This document shows positions 1 to 8,235 of a stretch of 64,000 nucleotides of DNA, one piece after another. Numbering within the stretch: position 1 is the first letter of the stretch; every line of letters starts with the position of its first letter. Location of the stretch: contig CAWDDT010000004.1 in the NCBI GenBank assembly GCA_963801165.1, forward strand, positions 1-64,000, read 5' to 3'. The stretch comes from an uncultured bacterium. GTDB taxonomy: Bacteria > Actinomycetota > Acidimicrobiia > Spongiisociales > UBA5794. A model generated the notes under the pieces. The model worked only from the letters and a program-made list of their open reading frames with translations. It was not told the origin of the DNA and did not search any database. The translations under genes and the position numbers were made by a program.

Positions 1-1
1 C

Positions 2-361
2 TTCCAGGGCAAGATCCTCGTCGGTCAAGCGATCATTTTCGCCACCGCCGGCGCCATCTATTTCACCGGAGGGGGGTCGCTTGCCGGCATGATCTTGTTG
101 GCCGCCGCCGCGATCTTCGGGATCTGGACCGCGATCTTCCTGCTCAGGAGAAGCCATATCTCGCCGGACGAGGAAATGGCTCCCGGTGGAGTGTTCCCCA
201 CGGCAACGACGCGCGGCCCGTTGCTTGCGTTGGCGGTCGTGCTGCTCGCCAATGGGCTGATCGTCGGTTGGTGGCTGGCCATCATCGGGCTCGGTGTGCT
301 GGTGGTGGCGGCTGTTTCGTTTGCGCGTGAGTACCGGGACAGCGAAGACGGTGGCGAGTGA
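2..361 (+). CDS. Membrane protein, 5'-truncated by the window edge; resembles actinobacterial cytochrome c oxidase subunit 4 (CtaF)
   Basis: Frame open from base 2 (FQGKILVGQAIIF...). Hydrophobic segments flank a polar loop, then FPTATTRGPLLALAVVLLANGLIVGWWLAIIG...FAREY, a pattern like the CtaF C-terminal half. Confidence 0.5.
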   Translation, partial: FQGKILVGQAIIFATAGAIYFTGGGSLAGMILLAAAAIFGIWTAIFLLRRSHISPDEEMAPGGVFPTATTRGPLLALAVVLLANGLIVGWWLAIIGLGVLVVAAVSFAREYRDSEDGGE

Positions 362-388
362 TCATCGCACGGTGATGCCGTGGCTGCG

Positions 389-769
389 TCACCGACCGGG
401 ACCGTCACCCGTCATAGCATGAGCCACGAAGTGGAGATTCTCGATGAGGCCAAAGAAGTAGCCGGCAGGATCGAGAACGGCGGCCATCCTGATTCCGTCG
501 CCGACCTCGTGGATCGGCTCTGCCTGGTTCGCACCAGCATCGAGCAGGGCCCGGAACGCAGCATCGACGTCGTCGACACCCCAGTACGTCTTCGGCCCCG
601 CATCGGGATCACCGTCGGGATGCAGCCCGAGCTCGTAGCCGCCCACGTCGAAGCCGACGTAGAACGGCTCGTCGAAGTACGGCTCGATGCCGAGCACATC
701 TGAGTACCAGGCCTTGGCCGCATCTAGATCGGGTGCCGGATAAATGAGAGAGCGAAGACCGAGAAACAT
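389..769 (-). CDS. VOC/glyoxalase family protein
   Basis: MFLGLRSLIYPAPDLDAAKAWYSDVLG...YWGVDDVDAA...DPAGYFFGLIE. ATG at 769 lies 6 nt after a TACGGT -10 (leaderless). Confidence 0.85.
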   Translation of the reverse strand: MFLGLRSLIYPAPDLDAAKAWYSDVLGIEPYFDEPFYVGFDVGGYELGLHPDGDPDAGPKTYWGVDDVDAAFRALLDAGANQAEPIHEVGDGIRMAAVLDPAGYFFGLIENLHFVAHAMTGDGPGR

Positions 770-775
770 GACGCC

Positions 776-808
776 ACCGTACACTGACGATGCGACAGCC
801 TCATGTCG
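776..808 (-). promoter_or_regulatory. WYL-regulator operator (CGACA-N6-TGTCG) overlapping a TGTCGC-N10-TACGGT promoter of the VOC gene
   Basis: Inverted repeat at 793-797/804-808. Minus strand reads TGTCGC atcgtcagtg TACGGT ggcgtc ATG. Confidence 0.65.
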
Positions 809-825
809 GAGTTCAGGAGGGTTTC

Positions 826-1521
826 TTGCACCGGTTGGAACGTCTGTATGCGGTTGCCGAGGAGCTGCGACGGCTCAGCCCGGGGACGGTGAGTGCGGCG
901 CGTCTCGCCCGCGAATTCGAGGTGTCGCGTCGCACGATGGAGCGGGATCTGACAGCCCTCCGGGACGCCGGGCTGCCGATGTATGCGAGCACGGGTCGGT
1001 CCGGTGGCTACGGTGTCCTGCCCCACGACGGTGAGATATTCCTCACCTTCACGCCGCAGGAGATCACCGGGCTGCTCATGGCGGTCACAGCTGCAGAGGC
1101 CGCTCCATACGTTGCCTCGGCACGGGCCGCGGCGACCAGGCTCAGGGATGCGCTTCCTGCCGCGACCCGGGTCGCCGTCGACGAGCTTCGGGAGCGCATC
1201 CGCACTTCAGTGCCCGGTGGGAAGCCGGTGCCGACCCGTATCAGGGACACGCTCGAGGAAGCGGTGCGCACTCGCCGCGTGGTGAACATGGTCTACGCGG
1301 ACGGCGAAGGGAAGCACACCACCCGTGCCGTCGACGCCGTCGGCTTCTACGGTGGGGGAGGGACCTGGTACCTGATCGGCTGGTGCCATCTCCGCCGGGA
1401 TCGGCGTCTCTTCAGATTGGACCGGATCGAGCGTGCCACGCTGACCCGGCGCCTCGCCGGGCCGAGGGATGTCGATGAGACGCTCGGCTGGGTCCCGGAC
1501 GAGGTGGCTCCGCCTGGGTGA
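826..1521 (+). CDS. HTH-WYL transcriptional regulator (YafY/PafBC-like)
   Basis: LAREFEVSRRTMERDL HTH; WYLIGWCHLRRDRRLFRLDRI WYL motif. TTG at 826 follows SD AGGAGG. Confidence 0.9.
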   Translation: MHRLERLYAVAEELRRLSPGTVSAARLAREFEVSRRTMERDLTALRDAGLPMYASTGRSGGYGVLPHDGEIFLTFTPQEITGLLMAVTAAEAAPYVASARAAATRLRDALPAATRVAVDELRERIRTSVPGGKPVPTRIRDTLEEAVRTRRVVNMVYADGEGKHTTRAVDAVGFYGGGGTWYLIGWCHLRRDRRLFRLDRIERATLTRRLAGPRDVDETLGWVPDEVAPPG

Positions 1522-1531
1522 GCGGCTCGGG

Positions 1532-1975
1532 TCAGGCTCGTCGTCTCCGGGACACGGCCTCCGCCAGTTTCTCGATGATGGGCTCCAGCCGGGCCCGCTC
1601 GCCGGCATCGAGCGAAGCGACGATTTCGCTCGCGACGACGAGGCGCCGGGAGCGCGCCGCTGCGAAAACGACTCGGCCCCGGGTGGTGAGAGTGAGGAAG
1701 ACCGACCTCAGATCGTGCGGGTTGGCCGTGCGGTTCACGAGCCCGGCGCGGTGAAGCGCCGCCACGGTGCGGCTGATCGTCGGGAGAGAAACATGCTCGA
1801 TCCGCGCCAGCTCGCCGGGGGTGATCCCGTCACGGAAAGCAAGTACAGACATCGCCGAGAGCTGAGCCGGGCCGACCCCGGCTGCCCGGTCCTCCTCGCG
1901 GACGAGTCTCAAGAATCGGATCGAGAAGCTGTGCAGTCGATTTGCCACCACCGCAACATCCTCTTGCTCTCCCAT
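1532..1975 (-). CDS. MarR family transcriptional regulator
   Basis: GITPGELARIEHVSLPTISRTVAALHRAGLVNR...DLRSVFLTLT winged HTH. Confidence 0.9.
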   Translation of the reverse strand: MGEQEDVAVVANRLHSFSIRFLRLVREEDRAAGVGPAQLSAMSVLAFRDGITPGELARIEHVSLPTISRTVAALHRAGLVNRTANPHDLRSVFLTLTTRGRVVFAAARSRRLVVASEIVASLDAGERARLEPIIEKLAEAVSRRRRA

Positions 1976-1982
1976 GAGATTA

Positions 1983-1999
1983 AGTTAGCATAGCTAACT
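1983..1999. promoter_or_regulatory. Probable MarR operator palindrome AGTTAGC-ATA-GCTAACT
   Basis: Perfect 7-bp inverted repeat in the AT-rich spacer between divergent marR and ankyrin genes. Confidence 0.7.
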
Positions 2000-2034
2000 A
2001 GTTTGGACGAGATCCCGGGGAGGGAGCAATCATC

Positions 2035-2685
2035 GTGTCAACCCATGCCCGTTTGCTCGAAGCGTTGCAGGCACGAGATGAGGCTGCGGCTCATGAAGTT
2101 CTCGAGAGCGACGCGGATCTGTGCACCACAGACGATTCGCCCAGTGCGCTCATGCTCGCCATGTACCAGGCGCTGTTCTCTGTTGCCGGCGTGATCTCGT
2201 CCCGGCGTGAAGCTCTCAGCATCTTCGAGGCCGCGACGGTGGGCGACACGAAGCAGCTGGCAGAGCACCTAGCGAGGGCCGGCGCCAATGCCGAGTTCGC
2301 CGACGACGGGTTTACTGCACTCCACCTGGCCTGCTTCTTCAACCGGCCGGCGGCCGTGAGCCTGCTTCTCGACAACGGCGCCGATCCAAACGTGGTTGCC
2401 GGTAACGGCAGCGATCTCCGTCCCTTGCACAGCGCTGCGGCGGGGCGGGGGCGCGAGACCGTGGCGATGCTGCTCGGAGCGGGGGCCGATCCCAACACCC
2501 AGCAGCGAGGCGGGTTCACCCCGCTTCATGCAGCCGCCCTGCACGGCGACGACAAGATGGTCGACGCGCTGCTCGCTGCGGGTGCCGAGCCCGGGCTAGC
2601 CGACGACGAGGGCAAGACGGCTGCGGACCATGCGGCAACCAGCGGACACTCCGGTTTGGCCGATCGATTGCGGGCTCTCGTCTGA
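2035..2685 (+). CDS. Ankyrin repeat protein
   Basis: DGFTALHLA, LRPLHSAA, GFTPLHAAA and GKTAADHA repeats with GADPN linkers. Confidence 0.92.
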   Translation: MSTHARLLEALQARDEAAAHEVLESDADLCTTDDSPSALMLAMYQALFSVAGVISSRREALSIFEAATVGDTKQLAEHLARAGANAEFADDGFTALHLACFFNRPAAVSLLLDNGADPNVVAGNGSDLRPLHSAAAGRGRETVAMLLGAGADPNTQQRGGFTPLHAAALHGDDKMVDALLAAGAEPGLADDEGKTAADHAATSGHSGLADRLRALV

Positions 2686-2686
2686 G

Positions 2687-3490
2687 TCACTGGAGATCCC
2701 CGTCGAGCTGGGCATAGGCGCGGGTCAACGCCTGCTCCATGGTCGGCGCGCCGTAGGGCCCTTTGGTGACGAGGTCGGCGATTGCCGTCCCTGCCGCATG
2801 GCCCTCGCGAGCCAGTTCGGCGACGGCGGCGATCTCGTCGCGCTGCGTCCTGACGTATTCGATGGTGGCCACATCCCCGTGGCCGGGCACGATGGTTCCG
2901 GTGAGACCCGCCGCGTCGAGCGTTGCCGCCCATTCGAGCGGGTATGCGTCGCCGTACGCCGGTGGTGCTCCCTCCTCGACGAGGTCGCCGGAGAAGACGA
3001 CACCCGCGTTGCGAACCGTGACCACGATGTCGGAGTTGGTGTGCCCCCGTCCGTGGTAGGAGAGGTCGATGGCCCGCCCGCCGATGTCGATTGACGCGGT
3101 CGTGACGAAGGTCTCGGTGGGTGGAGTGATGACGACCTCGACAACCGCCTCGTGATGCTCCTCCGGCATCCACCCGAGCACGCGCTTTCTGGCGTCCTCG
3201 CCGTGCTCGATCATCTCCGCCCGGCACAGATCGTGACCCCACAGGGCGGCTTGCGGAAAGCGGGCGTTGCCCCAGGTGTGGTCCCAGTGATAGTGGGTGT
3301 TGACCACCCAGCCCACCGGCAGCTTGGTGAGATCGGCCAGCTCCGCACGGAGCTCGTCCGCCTGGCGGTGTGACGCACGCGAGTCGACGATGAGGACTGC
3401 TTCCGCCCCGATGACGACACCGACGTTCAGGTCGAGCGATTCGTAGCGGCGGCGGAAAACGCCGTCGCCGACCTCGTCGAATACGCTCAT
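2687..3490 (-). CDS. MBL-fold metallo-hydrolase
   Basis: NTHYHWDHTWGN, GHT, FSGDL, VPGHG motifs. ATG at 3490 overlaps the upstream stop (ATGA). Confidence 0.9.
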   Translation of the reverse strand: MSVFDEVGDGVFRRRYESLDLNVGVVIGAEAVLIVDSRASHRQADELRAELADLTKLPVGWVVNTHYHWDHTWGNARFPQAALWGHDLCRAEMIEHGEDARKRVLGWMPEEHHEAVVEVVITPPTETFVTTASIDIGGRAIDLSYHGRGHTNSDIVVTVRNAGVVFSGDLVEEGAPPAYGDAYPLEWAATLDAAGLTGTIVPGHGDVATIEYVRTQRDEIAAVAELAREGHAAGTAIADLVTKGPYGAPTMEQALTRAYAQLDGDLQ

Positions 3491-4491
3491 TCCCAGTTCT
3501 CCTTGCGCATCTTCGACGGCTGTACCCGTGGTGGCTCGCCGGGCATTTTCGGGTAGTGGGGCGGCCAGGGGGCGTCGCCGATCCCGTTGTCCTCGTCGGC
3601 GGCCACCATCTCGAGCAGCGGGTCGAGGCGGTGCTCCACCTCGTCGATGGCCGCGGTGAGATCGCCGACATCCGCCCAGCGATCCCGGAACGTCATCAGG
3701 TCGAAATGGGTGGGGTCCATATCCCCGAGCTCGGACCACCGGAACGGGGTGGAGATGTATCCGGTGTGGCGGACGCTGTAGGCCGAGGCGACGGTGCGAT
3801 CCCGTGCTACCTGGTTGTAGTCGATGAACACGCCATCGCGTTCCTCCTTCCACCAGGAGGTGGTGGCCAGCTCGTGACGTCGCTCTAGCTCACGGGCGAA
3901 GGCGAGCACGGCGCGACGCATCTGGAAGTAGTCCCACTCCGGGGCGATCCGGACGTAGATGTGGATGCCCCGGTTGCCGGACGTCTTCGGGTACGAGACG
4001 TAGCCGAGCTCGTCGAAGAGCTCCCTGGCTGCGGCGGCGACATCCCGGGCGGCGAAGAAGTCGTAGCCCTCGGCGGGGTCGAGGTCGATGCGCAGCTCGT
4101 CGGGATGGTCGATGTCGTCACCGCGGGCGTTCCACGGGTTGAGGTCAAGACAGTTCATCTGCGCCATCCAGATGACGTCGCCCTCGTCGAGAGGGAGGAA
4201 CATCCGCCCCGGCCGGGCGGACGGGAAGCGCACGTCGACGACGCTGCGAGCGCTGTCCGGTACCCGTTTTACGAAGAACGGCTCCTCCTTGACACCCTTT
4301 GTCCACCGCTTGAGGCTGACCGGCCGGTTGTACACGCCACGGAGCGCACCCCCGGCACACATGAGGAAATGCTCTACCACATCGAGCTTTGTCCACCCCT
4401 GGTCGGGGAACACGACCTTGTCCGGGCTGGAGATCCTGATCTCCCGCCCCGCTGCCTCCACGCTGACTTCCTTGCGATTCACGGGAGCCAT
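3487..4491 (-). CDS. LigD-type primase-polymerase domain protein (Prim-PolC-like); start may be GTG at 4482
   Basis: ISSPDKVVFP, TKLDVVEHF, PDELRIDLDP, KTSGNRGIHIY, VFIDYNQVARDRTVASAYSVR and a C-terminal PPHYPKMPGEPPRVQPS tail. Confidence 0.9.
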   Translation of the reverse strand: MAPVNRKEVSVEAAGREIRISSPDKVVFPDQGWTKLDVVEHFLMCAGGALRGVYNRPVSLKRWTKGVKEEPFFVKRVPDSARSVVDVRFPSARPGRMFLPLDEGDVIWMAQMNCLDLNPWNARGDDIDHPDELRIDLDPAEGYDFFAARDVAAAARELFDELGYVSYPKTSGNRGIHIYVRIAPEWDYFQMRRAVLAFARELERRHELATTSWWKEERDGVFIDYNQVARDRTVASAYSVRHTGYISTPFRWSELGDMDPTHFDLMTFRDRWADVGDLTAAIDEVEHRLDPLLEMVAADEDNGIGDAPWPPHYPKMPGEPPRVQPSKMRKENWE

Positions 4492-4548
4492 TATGTCGGA
4501 GTTTTGCTGGCGGTGGGCACGCAGCTTCGGCGAGTTACCATTTGCGTT

Positions 4549-5001
4549 GTGAAACCCGGCGACATTGTTGACGACTTCACACTGGACGACCAGCAAGGCC
4601 GGCCGGTGATGCTCTCGTCTCTGCTGGCGAACGGTCCGGTCGTGTTGTTCTTCTACGTCAAGGCTATGACGTCCGGCTGAACGAGCGAGAGCAGGCACTT
4701 CCGCGATCTGCAGCCCGAGTTCCAGGCACTGGGCGCCAAGATCGTGGGGGTGTCGACCGATCGGTCCGATCGGCAGCGGCAGTTCGACGGAGCCAACGAC
4801 CTGGGCTTCCCTCTCCTGTCCGATACCAAGAGGGCAGTGGCAAAACAGTTCGGGGTAGCCCGGTTCGGCTTCCTGCCCATCAGGCGGGCCACGTTCGTCA
4901 TCGACGCCGACCGCACGGTGCTGGAGGTGATCGCCAGCGAGACGAACATGAAGCTCCACGCCGACCGGGCGTTACAAGTCCTCCGGAGCAGGGTCGCATG
5001 A
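4549..5001 (+). CDS. bcp: Selenocysteine-containing peroxiredoxin, BCP/PrxQ family (in-frame UGA at 4678-4680, residue 44)
   Basis: ORFs 3961..4680 and 4744..5001 are in the same frame. Read-through gives VVLFFYVKAMTSG-U-TSESRHFRD...GVSTD...FPLLSD...RRATFVID, matching BCP FYPKxxTxGCTxE. Confidence 0.88.
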
Positions 5002-5049
5002 GCGTAGGACGGAGCGCATAGATCGTCCAGCCGTAGTCGAGCGTCGTCG

Positions 5050-5547
5050 CTACAAGTCGTTCACTCCGGCCAAATATGCACATGTGGTCAGATCGGGCGG
5101 CCACGTATTCCCTGGATCCAGGGCAACGAAACACTCTTCCGAAACCTCGACGTCGACAAGGACAATCGTCTCGCCCGTCGCCGCAACGCCGAGGCCGCGG
5201 ACAACTCCCGAGATCGGAACATCGGTGGAGCACTCGGCGGCCGATGCCGGCCATGGATCACCGTCCGCCAGCAACCGCAGACAACCAGACTGCGCATAGA
5301 ACTGGACACCCGCTATGTAGTGCTTCGGCCCTCTAAGCAATCCGAAGAACGACGTCTCCTGGTCTTGATGCGTCGATATCACCACAGCTATGGGTGCACC
5401 GGTCGGACCAACGTCACCTGGTGGTGGCAGTTCGACCGTGGGGAGAATCGTGGTCTTGGTAGAACCGCCCAGAAACGCCAGACCGACAAGCACGAGAACT
5501 GCGGCGCTTGCGACGATGGCCAGAATGGGCTTGATTTCTCGATTCAC
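5050..5547 (-). CDS. Hypothetical membrane-anchored/exported protein
   Basis: N-terminal hydrophobic helix followed by a soluble domain with four Cys. Confidence 0.6.
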   Translation of the reverse strand: MNREIKPILAIVASAAVLVLVGLAFLGGSTKTTILPTVELPPPGDVGPTGAPIAVVISTHQDQETSFFGLLRGPKHYIAGVQFYAQSGCLRLLADGDPWPASAAECSTDVPISGVVRGLGVAATGETIVLVDVEVSEECFVALDPGNTWPPDLTTCAYLAGVNDL

Positions 5548-5730
5548 GGCATCGGGCCGTTAGTCGGTGCGGTCATGGCGACTCGAGACCTTGCATGCAT
5601 CGCAGCCTTCTTCCTCAACCGTGGGCGTGTCCAGGGTCGGACGTATCGTATCGGTCAGAAGGTTTCCAAGACTCGATCCCGCTCCGCAGCCGCGGTTGTG
5701 AACCTCAGCGCCCTTTGCGACCCCGGAGCT

Positions 5731-6105
5731 CTACTGCGTGAACAGGCAGAAGGGATGTCCTGCCGGGTCGAGCATCACCCGGACGTCGTCCTGCGGCTGA
5801 AAGCCGGCGAGTGTCGAACCCAGACCGGTCGCCCAGGCAACCCCGGCCTCGAGGTCCTCGACCCAGACATCGAGGTGCATCTGCATCTGCTGGTCGTTGT
5901 CTCCCGCCGGCCAGGTCGGCGGTGCGTGATTCTCCTCGAGCTGGAACGAGAGACCGGTGCCGGTGTCCAGTCGTCGCAGCTTTACCCAGGTTGGATCCTC
6001 GTATGTGATCTCCCAGCCGAGCAGATCCCGGTAGAAGCGGGCGAGCCCGATCGGGTCGGGCGTGCCGACGACCGTGGAGACGAGTTCTGTGCTTGGTCGA
6101 TCCAT
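5731..6105 (-). CDS. VOC/glyoxalase family protein
   Basis: LARFYRDLLGW, QMHLDVWVEDL, VMLDPAGHPFCL. Confidence 0.9.
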   Translation of the reverse strand: MDRPSTELVSTVVGTPDPIGLARFYRDLLGWEITYEDPTWVKLRRLDTGTGLSFQLEENHAPPTWPAGDNDQQMQMHLDVWVEDLEAGVAWATGLGSTLAGFQPQDDVRVMLDPAGHPFCLFTQ

Positions 6106-6121
6106 GGACCCAGGTTACGTA

Positions 6122-6568
6122 TCACAGACTCTGGTTGCGGGCGCGCAACACCCGATCGGCCACGTCGATCAGGATCGCCGCCTCCTCGTCGGTGATGTGG
6201 CGCGCCCACATGTCTTCGAGCTCGGCGTCGATCACCACACGCGCCCTGGCCCGGGCTTCTCGCCCGGCATCGGTTACCGCGACGATTGTGGCGCGCCGGT
6301 CCTCGGTATTCGGTCGCCTGGTCACGTATCCCATTTCCTCGAGACGATCGACGACCTTGGTAGTTCCGCCGCGGGACAGGATGAGACGGTCGGCGATCTC
6401 CGACATGCTCAGCTCGCCCTCGACGAGATGCGCCAGTGCCTCGTTGTCCGCAAACAGAAGCCCTGCCCTCTCGATCAATGCATCCTCGATCATGCCCTTC
6501 ATGAGGAGGGAGGTGTGCAGTGTGTGTGTTGCGGCTCGTCGCCACAGAGGTTCGTCGTGCGTACCCAT
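6122..6568 (-). CDS. MarR family transcriptional regulator
   Basis: LSMSEIADRLILSRGGTTKVVDRLEEMGYVTRRPNTEDRRA. Confidence 0.9.
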   Translation of the reverse strand: MGTHDEPLWRRAATHTLHTSLLMKGMIEDALIERAGLLFADNEALAHLVEGELSMSEIADRLILSRGGTTKVVDRLEEMGYVTRRPNTEDRRATIVAVTDAGREARARARVVIDAELEDMWARHITDEEAAILIDVADRVLRARNQSL

Positions 6569-6640
6569 GCGCCCATTTTGGCATCATTGCTGACCTGGAT
6601 GATAGTATGCTGGATTACTAATCTAGTGAAGCAGGTTGGC

Positions 6641-7957
6641 ATGAGACGCTGGTGGCGGGAACCGGGCGTGAAGACATTCGGGGTGGTGTGGTTTGGCCAG
6701 CTCGTGTCAAACCTGGGCTCGAGCATGACCAGCTTCGGTCTTGCCATCTGGGTGTACGACCAGACCGGATCCGCTCTACAGCTGTCGCTCATCGTGATGG
6801 CGGCGCGGGCGCCGGCGCTGGTTGTCTCGCCGTTTGCCGGTGCGCTCGTCGATCGCTGGGACCGTAGAAAGGCGATGATCCTGGCCGACACCGGGGCCGC
6901 GGTCGGAACACTGGCCACGATGGTCCTCATCCTCACCGGGTCGTTGCAGACGTGGCACCTGTACTTGACGCTCTCGTTCAGCGGGTTCTTCTCGGCATTC
7001 CAGTTCCCCGCATACTCGGCGGCGGTGACGCTAATGATCCCGAAGAAGCACTATGCCCGTGCCTCCGGTCTCGTCCAGCTCGCAGGGAGCGTGGGACGGG
7101 TAATTGCCCCGGCAATTGCGGCCTCGGTCGTGGTCTCGAGCGGGCTTGGCCTGATCTTCGCCGTCGACTTCGCCACGTTCCTGTTCGCGGTCGGGACGCT
7201 GGCTTTCGTGAGATTCCCGGAGGCGCCTCCGGGCATTCGGCGCGGCACCGGAATTCGCGCCCTCGGGCTCGAGGCCAAAGAGGGGCTGGACTTCGTGCTG
7301 GCCCGCCGGGCACTGCTCGTCCTCCTACTGTCGTTTCTGATGGTCAACTTTGCGTTCGCGTTCCAAAGCGTGCTCCTTGTTCCATTGTTGCTCAACCTCA
7401 CCACGGAGCAAGCGGCGGGATTCATCGTCTCGATCGGTGCCGCGGCCATCGTCACCGGGAGTTTGGTGCTCAGCGTGTGGGGCGGGCCGGCAAACCGGAT
7501 CGCCGGTGTCTTCCTGCCGATTGCGGCCATGGGGATGGGGCTGGTCCTCATGGGCATACGTCCCGAGGTGGGGCTGGTAGTTGCCGGGCTGGTCCTGATG
7601 GACGGCACGCACCCCATCGCGGGCGGATCAAGCCAGGCGATCTGGCAATCGAAGGTCCCACCCGAGCTACAGGGGCGGGTGTTCGCCATTCGCCAGTTGA
7701 CGGCCATTGCCGCCACCCCCATCGCTTACTTGCTGGCGGGAACTCTCGCCGACGGGGTGTTCGAGCCACTCATGAACAGAGCGACCGGCCCTCTGGCTGC
7801 CGTGTTCGGAACCGGACCGGGGCGTGGCATCGGAGTGTTGTTCGTTGCCACCGGGATCCTGGCGATCGCTACCGTCGTGGCGGCACTTCGCCACCCGAGG
7901 ATTCGCAATTTGGAGGCCGATATCCCAGACGCGGTCGCGGCACCGGCACGGGCGTAG
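6641..7957 (+). CDS. MFS transporter (macrolide-efflux/DHA3-like)
   Basis: GQLVSNLGSSMT, GALVDRWDRRKAMI motif A, about 12 TM segments, VPPELQGRVFA. Confidence 0.9.
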   Translation: MRRWWREPGVKTFGVVWFGQLVSNLGSSMTSFGLAIWVYDQTGSALQLSLIVMAARAPALVVSPFAGALVDRWDRRKAMILADTGAAVGTLATMVLILTGSLQTWHLYLTLSFSGFFSAFQFPAYSAAVTLMIPKKHYARASGLVQLAGSVGRVIAPAIAASVVVSSGLGLIFAVDFATFLFAVGTLAFVRFPEAPPGIRRGTGIRALGLEAKEGLDFVLARRALLVLLLSFLMVNFAFAFQSVLLVPLLLNLTTEQAAGFIVSIGAAAIVTGSLVLSVWGGPANRIAGVFLPIAAMGMGLVLMGIRPEVGLVVAGLVLMDGTHPIAGGSSQAIWQSKVPPELQGRVFAIRQLTAIAATPIAYLLAGTLADGVFEPLMNRATGPLAAVFGTGPGRGIGVLFVATGILAIATVVAALRHPRIRNLEADIPDAVAAPARA

Positions 7958-7980
7958 CGGGCGTCTGGAGACAAGTTCAC

Positions 7981-8050
7981 TTGACACGAAGAGAAGACCC
8001 GGTATATGCTGTGTCAAGTACGCTTTACTTATAGACAAGGAGCATTGACA
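7981..8050 (+). promoter_or_regulatory. Housekeeping-sigma promoter (TTGACA-N18-TATGCT) followed by two imperfect operator palindromes
   Basis: TTGACA 7981-7986 and TATGCT 8005-8010. TGTCAAGTACGCTTTACT 8012-8029 and AGACAAGGAGCATTGACA 8033-8050 start 21 bp apart. Confidence 0.7.
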
Positions 8051-8235
8051 TGTTGTGGAACGGACGTAAGACAAAGCTGATCCTGGGCCTGGGCCTGTGC
8101 GTCGTTGCCGCTGTGCTCATGGTCGTGGGCATCTTCACCACCGAGGTCGGGCTCGTAGTTGGCACACTCGGGATGCTCACGGTAGCGAGCGCATCGTCGG
8201 GACGCGACTCTGAACCGAGGGGCGAGACACGATGA
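8050..8235 (+). CDS. Small 2-TM membrane protein
   Basis: SD AAGGAG; two hydrophobic helices; stop overlaps the next ATG. Confidence 0.7.
   Translation: MLWNGRKTKLILGLGLCVVAAVLMVVGIFTTEVGLVVGTLGMLTVASASSGRDSEPRGETR

Noticed and set aside
4492-4959. N-terminal extension of the primase-polymerase ORF (3487..4959)
   Set aside because: It is the antisense of the peroxiredoxin gene; family similarity starts near 4491.
5680-5730. GGTCGCAAAG on the minus strand resembling part of a c-di-GMP-I riboswitch
   Set aside because: I could not build the flanking stems or the GNRA tetraloop partner.
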